Position numbers and translations under genes: made by a program. Below are positions 19,301 to 26,488 of a stretch of 52,771 nt of DNA, piece by piece (positions within the stretch are counted from its first letter, which is position 1; each line of letters begins with the position of its first letter). The stretch is taken from positions 1 through 52,771 of the IMG/VR virus record IMGVR_UViG_3300006810_000062. One strand, written 5' to 3'. Under the pieces are notes generated by a model, which was not told the origin of the DNA, made no database searches, and was given only the letters and a program-made list of their open reading frames with translations. The DNA comes from a virus. Its lineage: Duplodnaviria > Caudoviricetes.

Positions 19301-20252
19301 TAAACTATTTCTAGAAAATTTTACAGAAGATAGAAATGGAAATATTGTAGCCAAAGTTATAGACTCAGGATCAATAGATGCAGCTCAATATGTTAAAGGA
19401 CCTATAAGAGCAATCATAGCTAGACTAACAGCAGGAGAAGAAGTAACTCAAAGAGAATTAGATGATGTATTTAAAGAGATAGGAACTGAAGTTTTAAGTC
19501 CTTATTTTTCTCCAAAGTTTTTAACAAAAGATTTAGTATCATTAATATCAGGTTTTGATAAAAAAGGAAATGAAGTTTCTAAAGCAGAAGCTGTTAAAAA
19601 TTTAGCAACAACTCTTATTTATCCGGGATTTGCAGAAAATATTCAAGCTTATAGACAAGCTAAAGAATCAGAAAAGTTAATGGGAAAAGGAGAAGCAGTT
19701 AATGAGTATGGTTTTCCTACTAGTTCTGAAGATCAAAGCACTTTTAATAAGTTTGGAATAAGAAAACAAACTATTAATTTAAATAAACAATTAGGTTATA
19801 GTATCTTCCAAGATTTAAAAGAAATAAGAGAAACTAAAAAGTCTTTATCAAATTTATTAAATAGAGAAACTCCTATAAAGGTATTGGATTTAGATGAAAA
19901 AAAAGATATAATAAATAAATATCTTAAATTACAATTAGATAAAAAAGAAAGTCAAGCTAGATTATATGATAAGATTAAAGTGTTTGGTGATATAACTTAT
20001 ACTGATAAAGAAAATAATAAACAAACATTAACAGCTTCAGGTATTATAAAATTATTATCAAACCAAGGACTTAGCAAAGCAGATAAAACTACTATGTCTA
20101 GTGCAATTAAAAATGGTAGGTTTGTACCTGATACTTTATCAGTTAAAGAAATGCAAAGACTAATACAGACTAAAAAGTTTCCTACTGATGTATTAAGATC
20201 AATAGTAGAATACTCAAAACAATTAGAAGGTATCAAATTAAGGGATTATTAA
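16344..20252 (+). CDS. large internal virion (ejection) protein
   Basis: 1302 aa, helical; position typical of the large podoviral core protein; no catalytic motif recognised. Confidence 0.6.
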   Translation: MAIAFGTQEYEDISNEVALLAKNNQIKNNQDLNNYLTSKDVSILDFKRAVDEEATQKARVKSGEAYGTVADGIELFGVGVPMPSKIIGRALGNITDDVTSAIGSGIELTAGKKARKNVSNFFGEAGNIIKNVIGQENTDSLKRTFDPKTNTAEQVASTFAEFALPFGVATKTLGTLGKVAKIPKATTKAQKRIRDYSKYGTAGVVADVFTRDEDEQLTMNLVQMIPGMEDSLSSLAIDPDDSFAEKKLKQSVDSLIGQIAFGGLIIGGISVTKSGINVGGKIISKTDLVNKLKKGSSSLTNKVSAIKNSKIMTPINNSANTITSNVKATKNSLGQYMQTGTAKNVLGKIGNINSFLGKAFTSKAGMSDPLFKANILRREYAEARDILAKKEAKELERLIKKYNSDRDLVNKVLQGAYVSNPNNNPKIAKEVIDQAQKMNKMIQDNTPIIKSLLKLKDDDVLSLQLDANNGTYLTRTYQFSSNPQWTKQIGKVLDGKLKPNSQNNQDLINIVENARSYILKQHPSLNRDQADNILNEMLLKGKAGEQVNLFETLLYEGVGGVGKKVGVRVGKKRKNIDKPILEFLGEIKDPTKNFVTTIQNQNRLIAKAKYLNDIKSIAENSLGRQVKLEGLFPSLPTEVSTFVKANIAPNKFINKKLSDLEAVKELEGLGVSSKRLGLDDIYTTPEMGTVFDRGLDVFGFEGSKNFYLNGFAKLAGIGQANQTVLDNATHVLNVYGAAQQVAMNGHFFNKQVYNNSVSSLKTVLEKAKLQDPKALEELAYLKQSGLIDSSVDAEIVLKNLNLRGTSDDIVGEKSLAKKIYDVPFKGIKKTLKIASGVYGGVDDVSKLIALKAEVAQYRKAFPNLSEKEILDKSIEIVRNTMPSYSTAAPAVRLLSRVPLGTYATFPAEMVRTTKNIVSQGIRDVLEGRRTNNSALKNIGYKRLTSAAGVTTGLGVGITTYNQLNDVTPVNERAVKLLSADYSKNSPKLFLENFTEDRNGNIVAKVIDSGSIDAAQYVKGPIRAIIARLTAGEEVTQRELDDVFKEIGTEVLSPYFSPKFLTKDLVSLISGFDKKGNEVSKAEAVKNLATTLIYPGFAENIQAYRQAKESEKLMGKGEAVNEYGFPTSSEDQSTFNKFGIRKQTINLNKQLGYSIFQDLKEIRETKKSLSNLLNRETPIKVLDLDEKKDIINKYLKLQLDKKESQARLYDKIKVFGDITYTDKENNKQTLTASGIIKLLSNQGLSKADKTTMSSAIKNGRFVPDTLSVKEMQRLIQTKKFPTDVLRSIVEYSKQLEGIKLRDY

Positions 20253-20253
20253 A

Positions 20254-21000
20254 ATGGCAAAGAAGAAAAAGAATTTAGCAGACATGGTAAAAGCTCCACG
20301 TAAGATTGACATCAATGGTCAACTACATATGCTTGCATGGATTACAGCAGACGAGGGTAAAGCTTTAAAGTTATTAGGTGGTGCAGGTAAAAAAGGTCCT
20401 ATGGGTATACCAAGTTTTTATGGTCCGGGTGGTCCGGGTGATGATGGAACAGACCCTTCAGGTACTGATGAAGGTCCGGGAGAGGGTCCGGGAGCAAGTC
20501 AAGGTCCTTCTGAAGGTGACGATCCTACAGGAAATACTGATGGTTCAACCGGAGGAGTAGGTGGTAATAGTACTAGTATGGGTATAGATAGCAGTCAAAG
20601 TGATATGGAATCGATACAAGCAGGATTAGAAGCCGGAGGTCCGGCTGACATAGGTGGTAATGAAAATGATGAGCTTGAGTTTAAAAAAGCTGTGCAAGCT
20701 GTGGCTGAGAAGATACCTGATGAATCTCCATTAACAGATGCTATGAAAGCATACTATGGCAAAGGAATAGGAACATCAACAATAGATATGTCTACTGCTG
20801 CAGGTAGAGCAACTAGTCTAGCTAATATGACTAGTCCTTCTACAAGTGCTATAGGTGGTAAGTTCGATCCTGCTACAGGAAGATATATATTTCCCGATGG
20901 TAGGATTTTTGATACTGCTACAGGAAAATTCTTACCTATGTCTCAATCTAATAAGATAGAAGGATTAGATTTATTTAGACCTATTGAAGGAGTTAAGTAA
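20254..21000 (+). CDS. hypothetical virion-module protein with acidic Gly/Asp/Pro-rich linker
   Basis: INGQLHMLAWITADE..LKLLGGAG..GPMGIPSF N-terminal motif. Confidence 0.7.
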   Translation: MAKKKKNLADMVKAPRKIDINGQLHMLAWITADEGKALKLLGGAGKKGPMGIPSFYGPGGPGDDGTDPSGTDEGPGEGPGASQGPSEGDDPTGNTDGSTGGVGGNSTSMGIDSSQSDMESIQAGLEAGGPADIGGNENDELEFKKAVQAVAEKIPDESPLTDAMKAYYGKGIGTSTIDMSTAAGRATSLANMTSPSTSAIGGKFDPATGRYIFPDGRIFDTATGKFLPMSQSNKIEGLDLFRPIEGVK

Positions 21001-21482
21001 TGAAATATAAAATGAAAATTTTATTAGATCAGTTAGTTGACTTTGAAGGATTAGTTCTTAAAGTTTACCAAGACCATCTTGGAATAGATACAATAGGTAT
21101 AGGTAGAAATTTAATTGACAGAGGTATCTCTGATAAAGAACTAGAATTAATGGGTAAAACAATAGAAGAAGTTTATGCTGAAGGTATAACTAAAGAAGAT
21201 GCATATATGTTAGCTGCTAATGATATTAAAATAGTTGAAGCAGAGTTATGTTATCATCAACCATGTATAGAAGATTTAGGTGAATCTCGTCAAAGAGTAT
21301 TAATAGATATGGCTTTTAATATGGGTGTTCCTCGTCTTTTAAAATTTAAAAAGATGTGGTCTGCTATACATAAAGGTTCTTATAATACTGCATCGAAAGA
21401 GATGTTGGATTCTAAGTGGGCATTACAAGTAAAAAAGAGAGCTATAAAATTATCCTCATGTATGCAATCAGGTGATTGGTAA
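21000..21482 (+). CDS. endolysin, T4-lysozyme-like (GH24)
   Basis: EG..LKVYQDHLGIDTIGIGRNL (E-x8-D-x5-T triad); DMAFNMG; EMLDSKWA.QV..RA. Confidence 0.9.
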   Translation: MKYKMKILLDQLVDFEGLVLKVYQDHLGIDTIGIGRNLIDRGISDKELELMGKTIEEVYAEGITKEDAYMLAANDIKIVEAELCYHQPCIEDLGESRQRVLIDMAFNMGVPRLLKFKKMWSAIHKGSYNTASKEMLDSKWALQVKKRAIKLSSCMQSGDW

Positions 21483-21693
21483 CGTGGTGTCAGTCGAGCA
21501 ATTTTTAAAATGGAAAGTACTACCAAGATTTATGATGCTTGCTAGTACAGTTATGTCTTGGAGATGTGCCGAATGGTTTATGGATTTAGATTCACCTACT
21601 GCAGCACAGTCAGCATTTGTATCTGTGGTTATGGGTGTGATGACAGGTGTATTTGCAATATGGATGGGTCACGAACATAAAGGAGATAAGTAA
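21472..21693 (+). CDS. small two-TM membrane protein, holin-like
   Basis: Two hydrophobic helices; adjacent to the lysozyme. Confidence 0.6.
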   Translation: MIGNVVSVEQFLKWKVLPRFMMLASTVMSWRCAEWFMDLDSPTAAQSAFVSVVMGVMTGVFAIWMGHEHKGDK

Positions 21694-22088
21694 TGTTAAC
21701 TGCATTAATAGGACCAGTATCAAATCTTCTTGGTAAATTTATAGAAGATAAAGATATGAAGAATAAGTTGGCACATCAAGTGGCAACGATGGCTGAGAAT
21801 CATGCACAGGAATTAGCCAAAGGTCAGCTAGATATAAACAAAGCAGAAGCTAAACACAAATCAATATTCGTAGCTGGGTGGAGACCCTTTATTGGCTGGA
21901 CCTGTGGTATTGCTTTGTGTTGGCATTTTGTACTAGCACCTGTTACTATGTTTATATGTGCTTATTTAAATGTTGTTATATTAGAACTACCAACTTTTGA
22001 CATGGGTTCACTTATGACTGTGCTGATGGGAATGTTAGGACTTGGAACACTCAGGACATATGAAAAGCAAAAAGGATTAACTAAATAA
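21693..22088 (+). CDS. holin (3-TM, GTA-holin-like)
   Basis: INKAEAKHKSIFVAGWRPFIGW...LMGMLGLGTLRTYEK. Confidence 0.8.
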   Translation: MLTALIGPVSNLLGKFIEDKDMKNKLAHQVATMAENHAQELAKGQLDINKAEAKHKSIFVAGWRPFIGWTCGIALCWHFVLAPVTMFICAYLNVVILELPTFDMGSLMTVLMGMLGLGTLRTYEKQKGLTK

Positions 22089-22105
22089 AAATAAAAGGTT
22101 TAAAT

Positions 22106-22258
22106 ATGATAACTTTAACTAAAGCACAAGATAAAAAAATGAAAGAACATTCTAAGCATCATACAAAAAACCATATGATGATGATGGCAAAACTTATGGC
22201 AAAAGGAAGCAGTTTTAATCAGGCTCATAATCAAGCAATGAAAAAGATAGGAAAATAA
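22106..22258 (+). CDS. 50-aa His/Met/Lys-rich micro-protein
   Basis: Manual translation MITLTKAQDKKMKEHSKHHTKNHMMMMAKLMAKGSSFNQAHNQAMKKIGK*. Confidence 0.65.
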   Translation: MITLTKAQDKKMKEHSKHHTKNHMMMMAKLMAKGSSFNQAHNQAMKKIGK

Positions 22259-22259
22259 A

Positions 22260-22427
22260 ATGGCAATCCTAAAAAAGAAAAAATCTAAATCTCCTAAACC
22301 TGCTAACCCTTCTTTGTATGCAAGAGTAAAAGCAAAAACCAAAAAGAAATTTTCAGTTTATCCCAGTGCATATGCAAATGCATATTTAGTTAGAGAATAT
22401 AAAAAGGCTGGTGGGAAGTACGTCTAA
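22260..22427 (+). CDS. 55-aa basic protein
   Basis: Manual translation ...PANPSLYARVKAKTKKKFSVYPSAYANAYLVREYKKAGGKYV*. Confidence 0.7.
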   Translation: MAILKKKKSKSPKPANPSLYARVKAKTKKKFSVYPSAYANAYLVREYKKAGGKYV

Positions 22428-22669
22428 TGGCTAAACCTAAAAACAGTGGCTTAACTAAATGGTTCAAAGAAGAATGGACAGACGTTAAGACAGGTAAGAA
22501 ATGTGGTAGGTCTGGTAAGGATAAAAAGAAAAGACCTTATCCTGCTTGCAGACCTAAGAAGATAGCTAGTAAAATTACTAAGACTGAAGCTAGAAAAAAG
22601 ACAGGACCTAAGATGGTTAAGTGGTCTGTTACTGCTTCAGGTAAAAAAAGAAAATCAAGGAGTGTTTAA
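22427..22669 (+). CDS. 80-aa basic protein
   Basis: GLTKWFKEEWTDVKTGKKCGRS..KRPYPACRP. Confidence 0.75.
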   Translation: MAKPKNSGLTKWFKEEWTDVKTGKKCGRSGKDKKKRPYPACRPKKIASKITKTEARKKTGPKMVKWSVTASGKKRKSRSV

Positions 22670-23143
22670 TTATGTGGTGTGTTCTTCCTGAGATATATTT
22701 TCCTCAACAGTTTCATCGTCATCTTCCTCAGAAAAGTAATCAGGAAAAGATGTTTGAAGCAGTGAATAAATTTTATCAAATCCTAAAGTTTGCATAACAA
22801 GAACTATATCTGCTTCTAAAGATTCAGTTGTAAACTCTTGTGAATCATCGTTGTTACCACGAACTTTTGATAATAACTCCAAAGCTTTTAAAGCAGAGTT
22901 AGAGTGTCCTGAATTTTTAGCTATATCATATTGCTTTTCTAATTCATTAATAACATCTATGTCTGTAGTAATATCAGAAGATAATTCTGCTATACGTTCT
23001 ATGCAATCTTGTTCTCTTAATAATCTAGAGCCTTGATTGTGAGCAGATGTCTCACTATATCCTGCTTCCTTTGCAGCTCTTGTAGCATTACGATGTAGGA
23101 CATAGTTCTGACAAAACTTTTCTTTACGTTCATTAAGCTGCAA
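22670..23143 (-). CDS. terS: terminase small subunit
   Basis: LNERKEKFCQNY..NATRAAKEAGYS..SAHNQGSRLL HTH pattern; ALKALELL. Confidence 0.8.
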   Translation of the reverse strand: MQLNERKEKFCQNYVLHRNATRAAKEAGYSETSAHNQGSRLLREQDCIERIAELSSDITTDIDVINELEKQYDIAKNSGHSNSALKALELLSKVRGNNDDSQEFTTESLEADIVLVMQTLGFDKIYSLLQTSFPDYFSEEDDDETVEENISQEEHTT

Positions 23144-25424
23144 GAGGATTTATAATATCAAGGTATGATATCTCCTTACCTCTTAATGATTTCTTATATA
23201 CTTCTGAAACTAAAGTACCTTCACCATGTACAGTGACTGAGAGATCAAGGTCTGAATTGTCAAAAAGCTTTTCACAATCTTGAGCATTAGCTAACAGTTC
23301 TCCAGTAGTCCAAAAATGTTTATCACTAGTTTCAACTCTAAAATATTTAGGCTTATCACTAATCTTTTCTTTTTTCATTTGAGGAGTTAGTTCTTTAACT
23401 GAACAATCAAAACCAAACAACTCAAAGTTTCTAAAGCCTAAGATGTGAGCTAGTGATATAGTTCTCATAGCAGCACAAGTACCACCAGCAACTAATGTTG
23501 TTCCTGTTTTAATACCTGCATTTTTATCAATAGTAATTTTATCTTTTGTACTAGCATCTCTCAATGCATCAGAGTAAGCTTGCCATCCTTTTATCTTTGC
23601 ATTTTTAGATTGTAAGTATCTAGTAACAGAAGGATCAGTCATAGAAGCTATAAGAAATAAAGTCTTATCATCTATAGTTTTAAATAAATCTTTTCGTACA
23701 ACTCCATGAGTACTCACTCCTTCAATAGGTCTTGGGTCTAATATTACACAAGCAAAGGGTTGTATTCCATGAGCTAATAATTTAGGATAACTATGTTTAA
23801 CACAGAATACTTTACCACCACTCTTTAATTTTTCTTTTAAGAGTTTAAAGTTAGTACTACTTCCACCTGATACAACAAAAGCAGTTTCTTTATTTATTTT
23901 ACCATGCTTTAACCAATCAAAATCTTTTATTAATTTTTGATTAGTGTGTATATTATCTATTATTTCTTGTTTAGGTCTAGAGTCTTTTGGATTAACAACT
24001 ATAGGCATCCTAGTTAAATCTTTAGGTAATGCAGGTGTTCCTTTTTTATTAGCAACAAAACATATGTGTGTTATACCACCACCAAATACTCGATCAGTAC
24101 TAGGAAGAACAACCTTGCCATAGGCTTTCATTTCTTTTATAAGTTTATTAACACCCATGTTACTTTCTTTAGGAAGATTTCCTTCTTGATCTTTAGAAAA
24201 GTAATCATCAAAAACTAATAAAGAAATCTTTTTTAAATTTTTGTAGTCTTCCTTAACAGTTTCATATGAATGTCCACCATCTATAAAAGCAAAGTCTGCT
24301 TTGTTAACTTCTTTACATTTAGGAATAGTTAGTTTACTATCTCCTTTATGTAGTTGAAATGTAAATGTCTTGCCTTTATTAAACACTTCTGTAGCATAAT
24401 CAGTTAACCTTTTCTTAACTGCTTCAATACTATTATGAGGTTTTGTATTCATTTCATAGTCATCACTTGCTTCAGTAGCATCTTCAAATAAATCAAAGCC
24501 TATATAGTTTACTGAATCATGGTTTTTAAAAGCAGCATCAGCCATGTCAATAGCTCTTCCACCATTCCACGTACCTACTTCTACTATATTTTTAACTTTG
24601 TAATGCTCTACAATATTACATAACTTTCTATATCTTTCTAGTTTAACATCAGGAGATACATTAGTATTACTTATATTATCTTTTAAGTTTCCTTTATAAT
24701 GAATAAAATATTCAGACAAAGGTGATTGCATAAATGCTGTCAGTCCTTTGACGTTCTCTGTCATATTATTGACAGCCATACCATGAGCTTTATAGATGTT
24801 TAAAAGTCTTTCAAAGATGAAACCATCATGCCATTCTCTATAAGCAATCGTTTCACCTATTGTATAACAACCTCTGAAGTCAGCTAATAAAGAACAAGCA
24901 TCATGATATTGTAAGTTAAATCCCATGAAGCTAGTTTCACTATAGTCTATATCAGTACGACCAAGATGTACAACACTTGCTTGAGAAGGTAACCACTTAT
25001 CAACTGCACTAACATCTAATCGTTTACTAGCTATAGTATCAGCATCAATCCATATCAACCAATTAGGTTCTTCTTTATCATAGTTCTCATCTTCCATCAT
25101 TTCAAAAGCTAAGTCTGTTAACGAGTAAACTTTATGACACCATTTAATAGCATCTAGTCTCCAGTTGTAAGACATCTTACCACCTTCAGTACCATCGTGC
25201 TTCTTCATACGTTCCCGATACTCAAGCATATCTTTTACGTCATTAAGATTCCTATAACTAACAACATCACTAGTAGGAGGTTTAAGTTTTGGTAAGTCGA
25301 AATCATGGTAGTAAGCAATGAGTTTGAAATGTTTTGGATTCCACTTCTCAACGATACTTTCAAGCATTTTTTTTGCATATGTTTCATATCCATTCTCACT
25401 AAATGAGGTTACAAAGGTGTACAT
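23133..25424 (-). CDS. three-domain fusion: GT-A glycosyltransferase-like + class I SAM methyltransferase + DUF115/Maf/MptE-like domain
   Basis: WIDADT (DxD), EWHDG, HYKG; VEVGTWNGG, GFDLFE, AFIDGGHSYETVKEDY, FDDY; VVSGGSS, ILDPRP, AHILGFRNFELFGFDCS. Confidence 0.7.
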   Translation of the reverse strand: MYTFVTSFSENGYETYAKKMLESIVEKWNPKHFKLIAYYHDFDLPKLKPPTSDVVSYRNLNDVKDMLEYRERMKKHDGTEGGKMSYNWRLDAIKWCHKVYSLTDLAFEMMEDENYDKEEPNWLIWIDADTIASKRLDVSAVDKWLPSQASVVHLGRTDIDYSETSFMGFNLQYHDACSLLADFRGCYTIGETIAYREWHDGFIFERLLNIYKAHGMAVNNMTENVKGLTAFMQSPLSEYFIHYKGNLKDNISNTNVSPDVKLERYRKLCNIVEHYKVKNIVEVGTWNGGRAIDMADAAFKNHDSVNYIGFDLFEDATEASDDYEMNTKPHNSIEAVKKRLTDYATEVFNKGKTFTFQLHKGDSKLTIPKCKEVNKADFAFIDGGHSYETVKEDYKNLKKISLLVFDDYFSKDQEGNLPKESNMGVNKLIKEMKAYGKVVLPSTDRVFGGGITHICFVANKKGTPALPKDLTRMPIVVNPKDSRPKQEIIDNIHTNQKLIKDFDWLKHGKINKETAFVVSGGSSTNFKLLKEKLKSGGKVFCVKHSYPKLLAHGIQPFACVILDPRPIEGVSTHGVVRKDLFKTIDDKTLFLIASMTDPSVTRYLQSKNAKIKGWQAYSDALRDASTKDKITIDKNAGIKTGTTLVAGGTCAAMRTISLAHILGFRNFELFGFDCSVKELTPQMKKEKISDKPKYFRVETSDKHFWTTGELLANAQDCEKLFDNSDLDLSVTVHGEGTLVSEVYKKSLRGKEISYLDIINPLAA

Positions 25425-25425
25425 T

Positions 25426-26184
25426 TTATTCTCCAGTTAATAATCCATATGACATATCATCATGTATGGCTTTCCATTCTTCAGCATATTTAACATCATC
25501 TTCTCTCTTTCCTATCCATTTAGGAAACCATGGTCCACCTGTAGTAAAGTGAACAAGGTAAGGACTAATGTCTTGATCAGTATGTCCATCTAACCAGTTC
25601 CATTCTTCAGACATAGAACCAATCTCTTGATCCTCTAACCATTTAAAGTTATGAAGCCACCTTCCTGATTTAGTATTAACATCATCAACTGTAAGATTCT
25701 TATTAGAAGGATGAGAACAATTCCAAAGAACTACACTAGACCAATTTTTTCTACTATAGCTTTGTTGTAACTGACCATCCATCTTCATTGTTTCAGTAGG
25801 CATGTAATGATGTTTGATGCAATACAGAGCATACTTAGGATCATTGTATGTATCAAACAATTTTTTTATGTTAGTACGTAAGTATGTATCACTATCCATA
25901 AAAAGTGACCAGCCACTGTATAAGCTAATGTGAGGAACAAGAAATCTAGTAAATGTAAAATCAGTACTAAAGGGGAGGTTATCGAATGTATCAATTTTCT
26001 GACCATGTTTATTTACCTCAAAGTTTCTACGATACAAACCAAGCCTACGTAATGTGGGCTGGTGGAGAGGTATGATATCATAGTCTGTGTTAAATCTTTC
26101 GATAGAATATTTAAGTACATTGTATGCTATCTCCTCTCTCTTATCATAACCTATATAGATAACAGGTCGTTTGTTATAGTTCAT
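25426..26184 (-). CDS. GT-A (GT8-like) glycosyltransferase
   Basis: IYIGYDKRE, STDFTFTRFLVP, LFMDSD, RKNWSSVVLWNC, EWNWL, VHFTTGGPWF. Confidence 0.8.
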   Translation of the reverse strand: MNYNKRPVIYIGYDKREEIAYNVLKYSIERFNTDYDIIPLHQPTLRRLGLYRRNFEVNKHGQKIDTFDNLPFSTDFTFTRFLVPHISLYSGWSLFMDSDTYLRTNIKKLFDTYNDPKYALYCIKHHYMPTETMKMDGQLQQSYSRKNWSSVVLWNCSHPSNKNLTVDDVNTKSGRWLHNFKWLEDQEIGSMSEEWNWLDGHTDQDISPYLVHFTTGGPWFPKWIGKREDDVKYAEEWKAIHDDMSYGLLTGE

Positions 26185-26294
26185 AGTCTTCCTTCTTGTC
26201 TATTACGAATACGTTTAACATGTTTCCTATAAAAATAATTACCTATCTTAGTAAATATTTTAGATATGTATAATAGTAACCAAGTTAATTTCAT
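26181..26294 (-). CDS. 37-aa micro-protein heading the glycosyltransferase operon
   Basis: Manual translation MKLTWLLLYISKIFTKIGNYFYRKHVKRIRNRQEGRL*; AAGGA upstream; ATGA overlap. Confidence 0.55.
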   Translation of the reverse strand: MKLTWLLLYISKIFTKIGNYFYRKHVKRIRNRQEGRL

Positions 26295-26307
26295 TTATCT
26301 TTTCCTT

Positions 26308-26336
26308 ATTTTACTAAAAATATTACGTTATGTCAA
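26308..26336 (-). promoter_or_regulatory. sigma70 promoter for the glycosyltransferase-terS operon
   Basis: TTGACA-N17-TAAAAT on the minus strand. Confidence 0.7.
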
Positions 26337-26488
26337 GAAGAATTTTTTTTCTTAGGTTTTAAATGTAAAATTTCTTTTATGTGTAACTTTCTACCTTTAA
26401 AGAATACGATTGTGTTTATACAAGTATTAATGGTGATGGCAATAACTAACCACCACTGCCACCATTGCATTTCTGTACCATCAATCAT
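26333..26488 (-). CDS. 51-aa Trp-rich single-TM micro-protein
   Basis: Manual translation MIDGTEMQWWQWWLVIAITINTCINTIVFFKGRKLH...*; TAATG coupling to RNR. Confidence 0.6.
   Translation of the reverse strand: MIDGTEMQWWQWWLVIAITINTCINTIVFFKGRKLHIKEILHLKPKKKNSS

Noticed and set aside
15193-20236. Short antisense ORFs inside the internal virion genes, and similar shadow ORFs elsewhere
   Set aside because: Fully nested opposite long well-supported genes, with no RBS or recognisable motifs
16344-20252. 1302-aa protein as a virion RNA polymerase or lytic transglycosylase
   Set aside because: No polymerase or lysozyme-like catalytic motif recognised; needs a structure search to exclude
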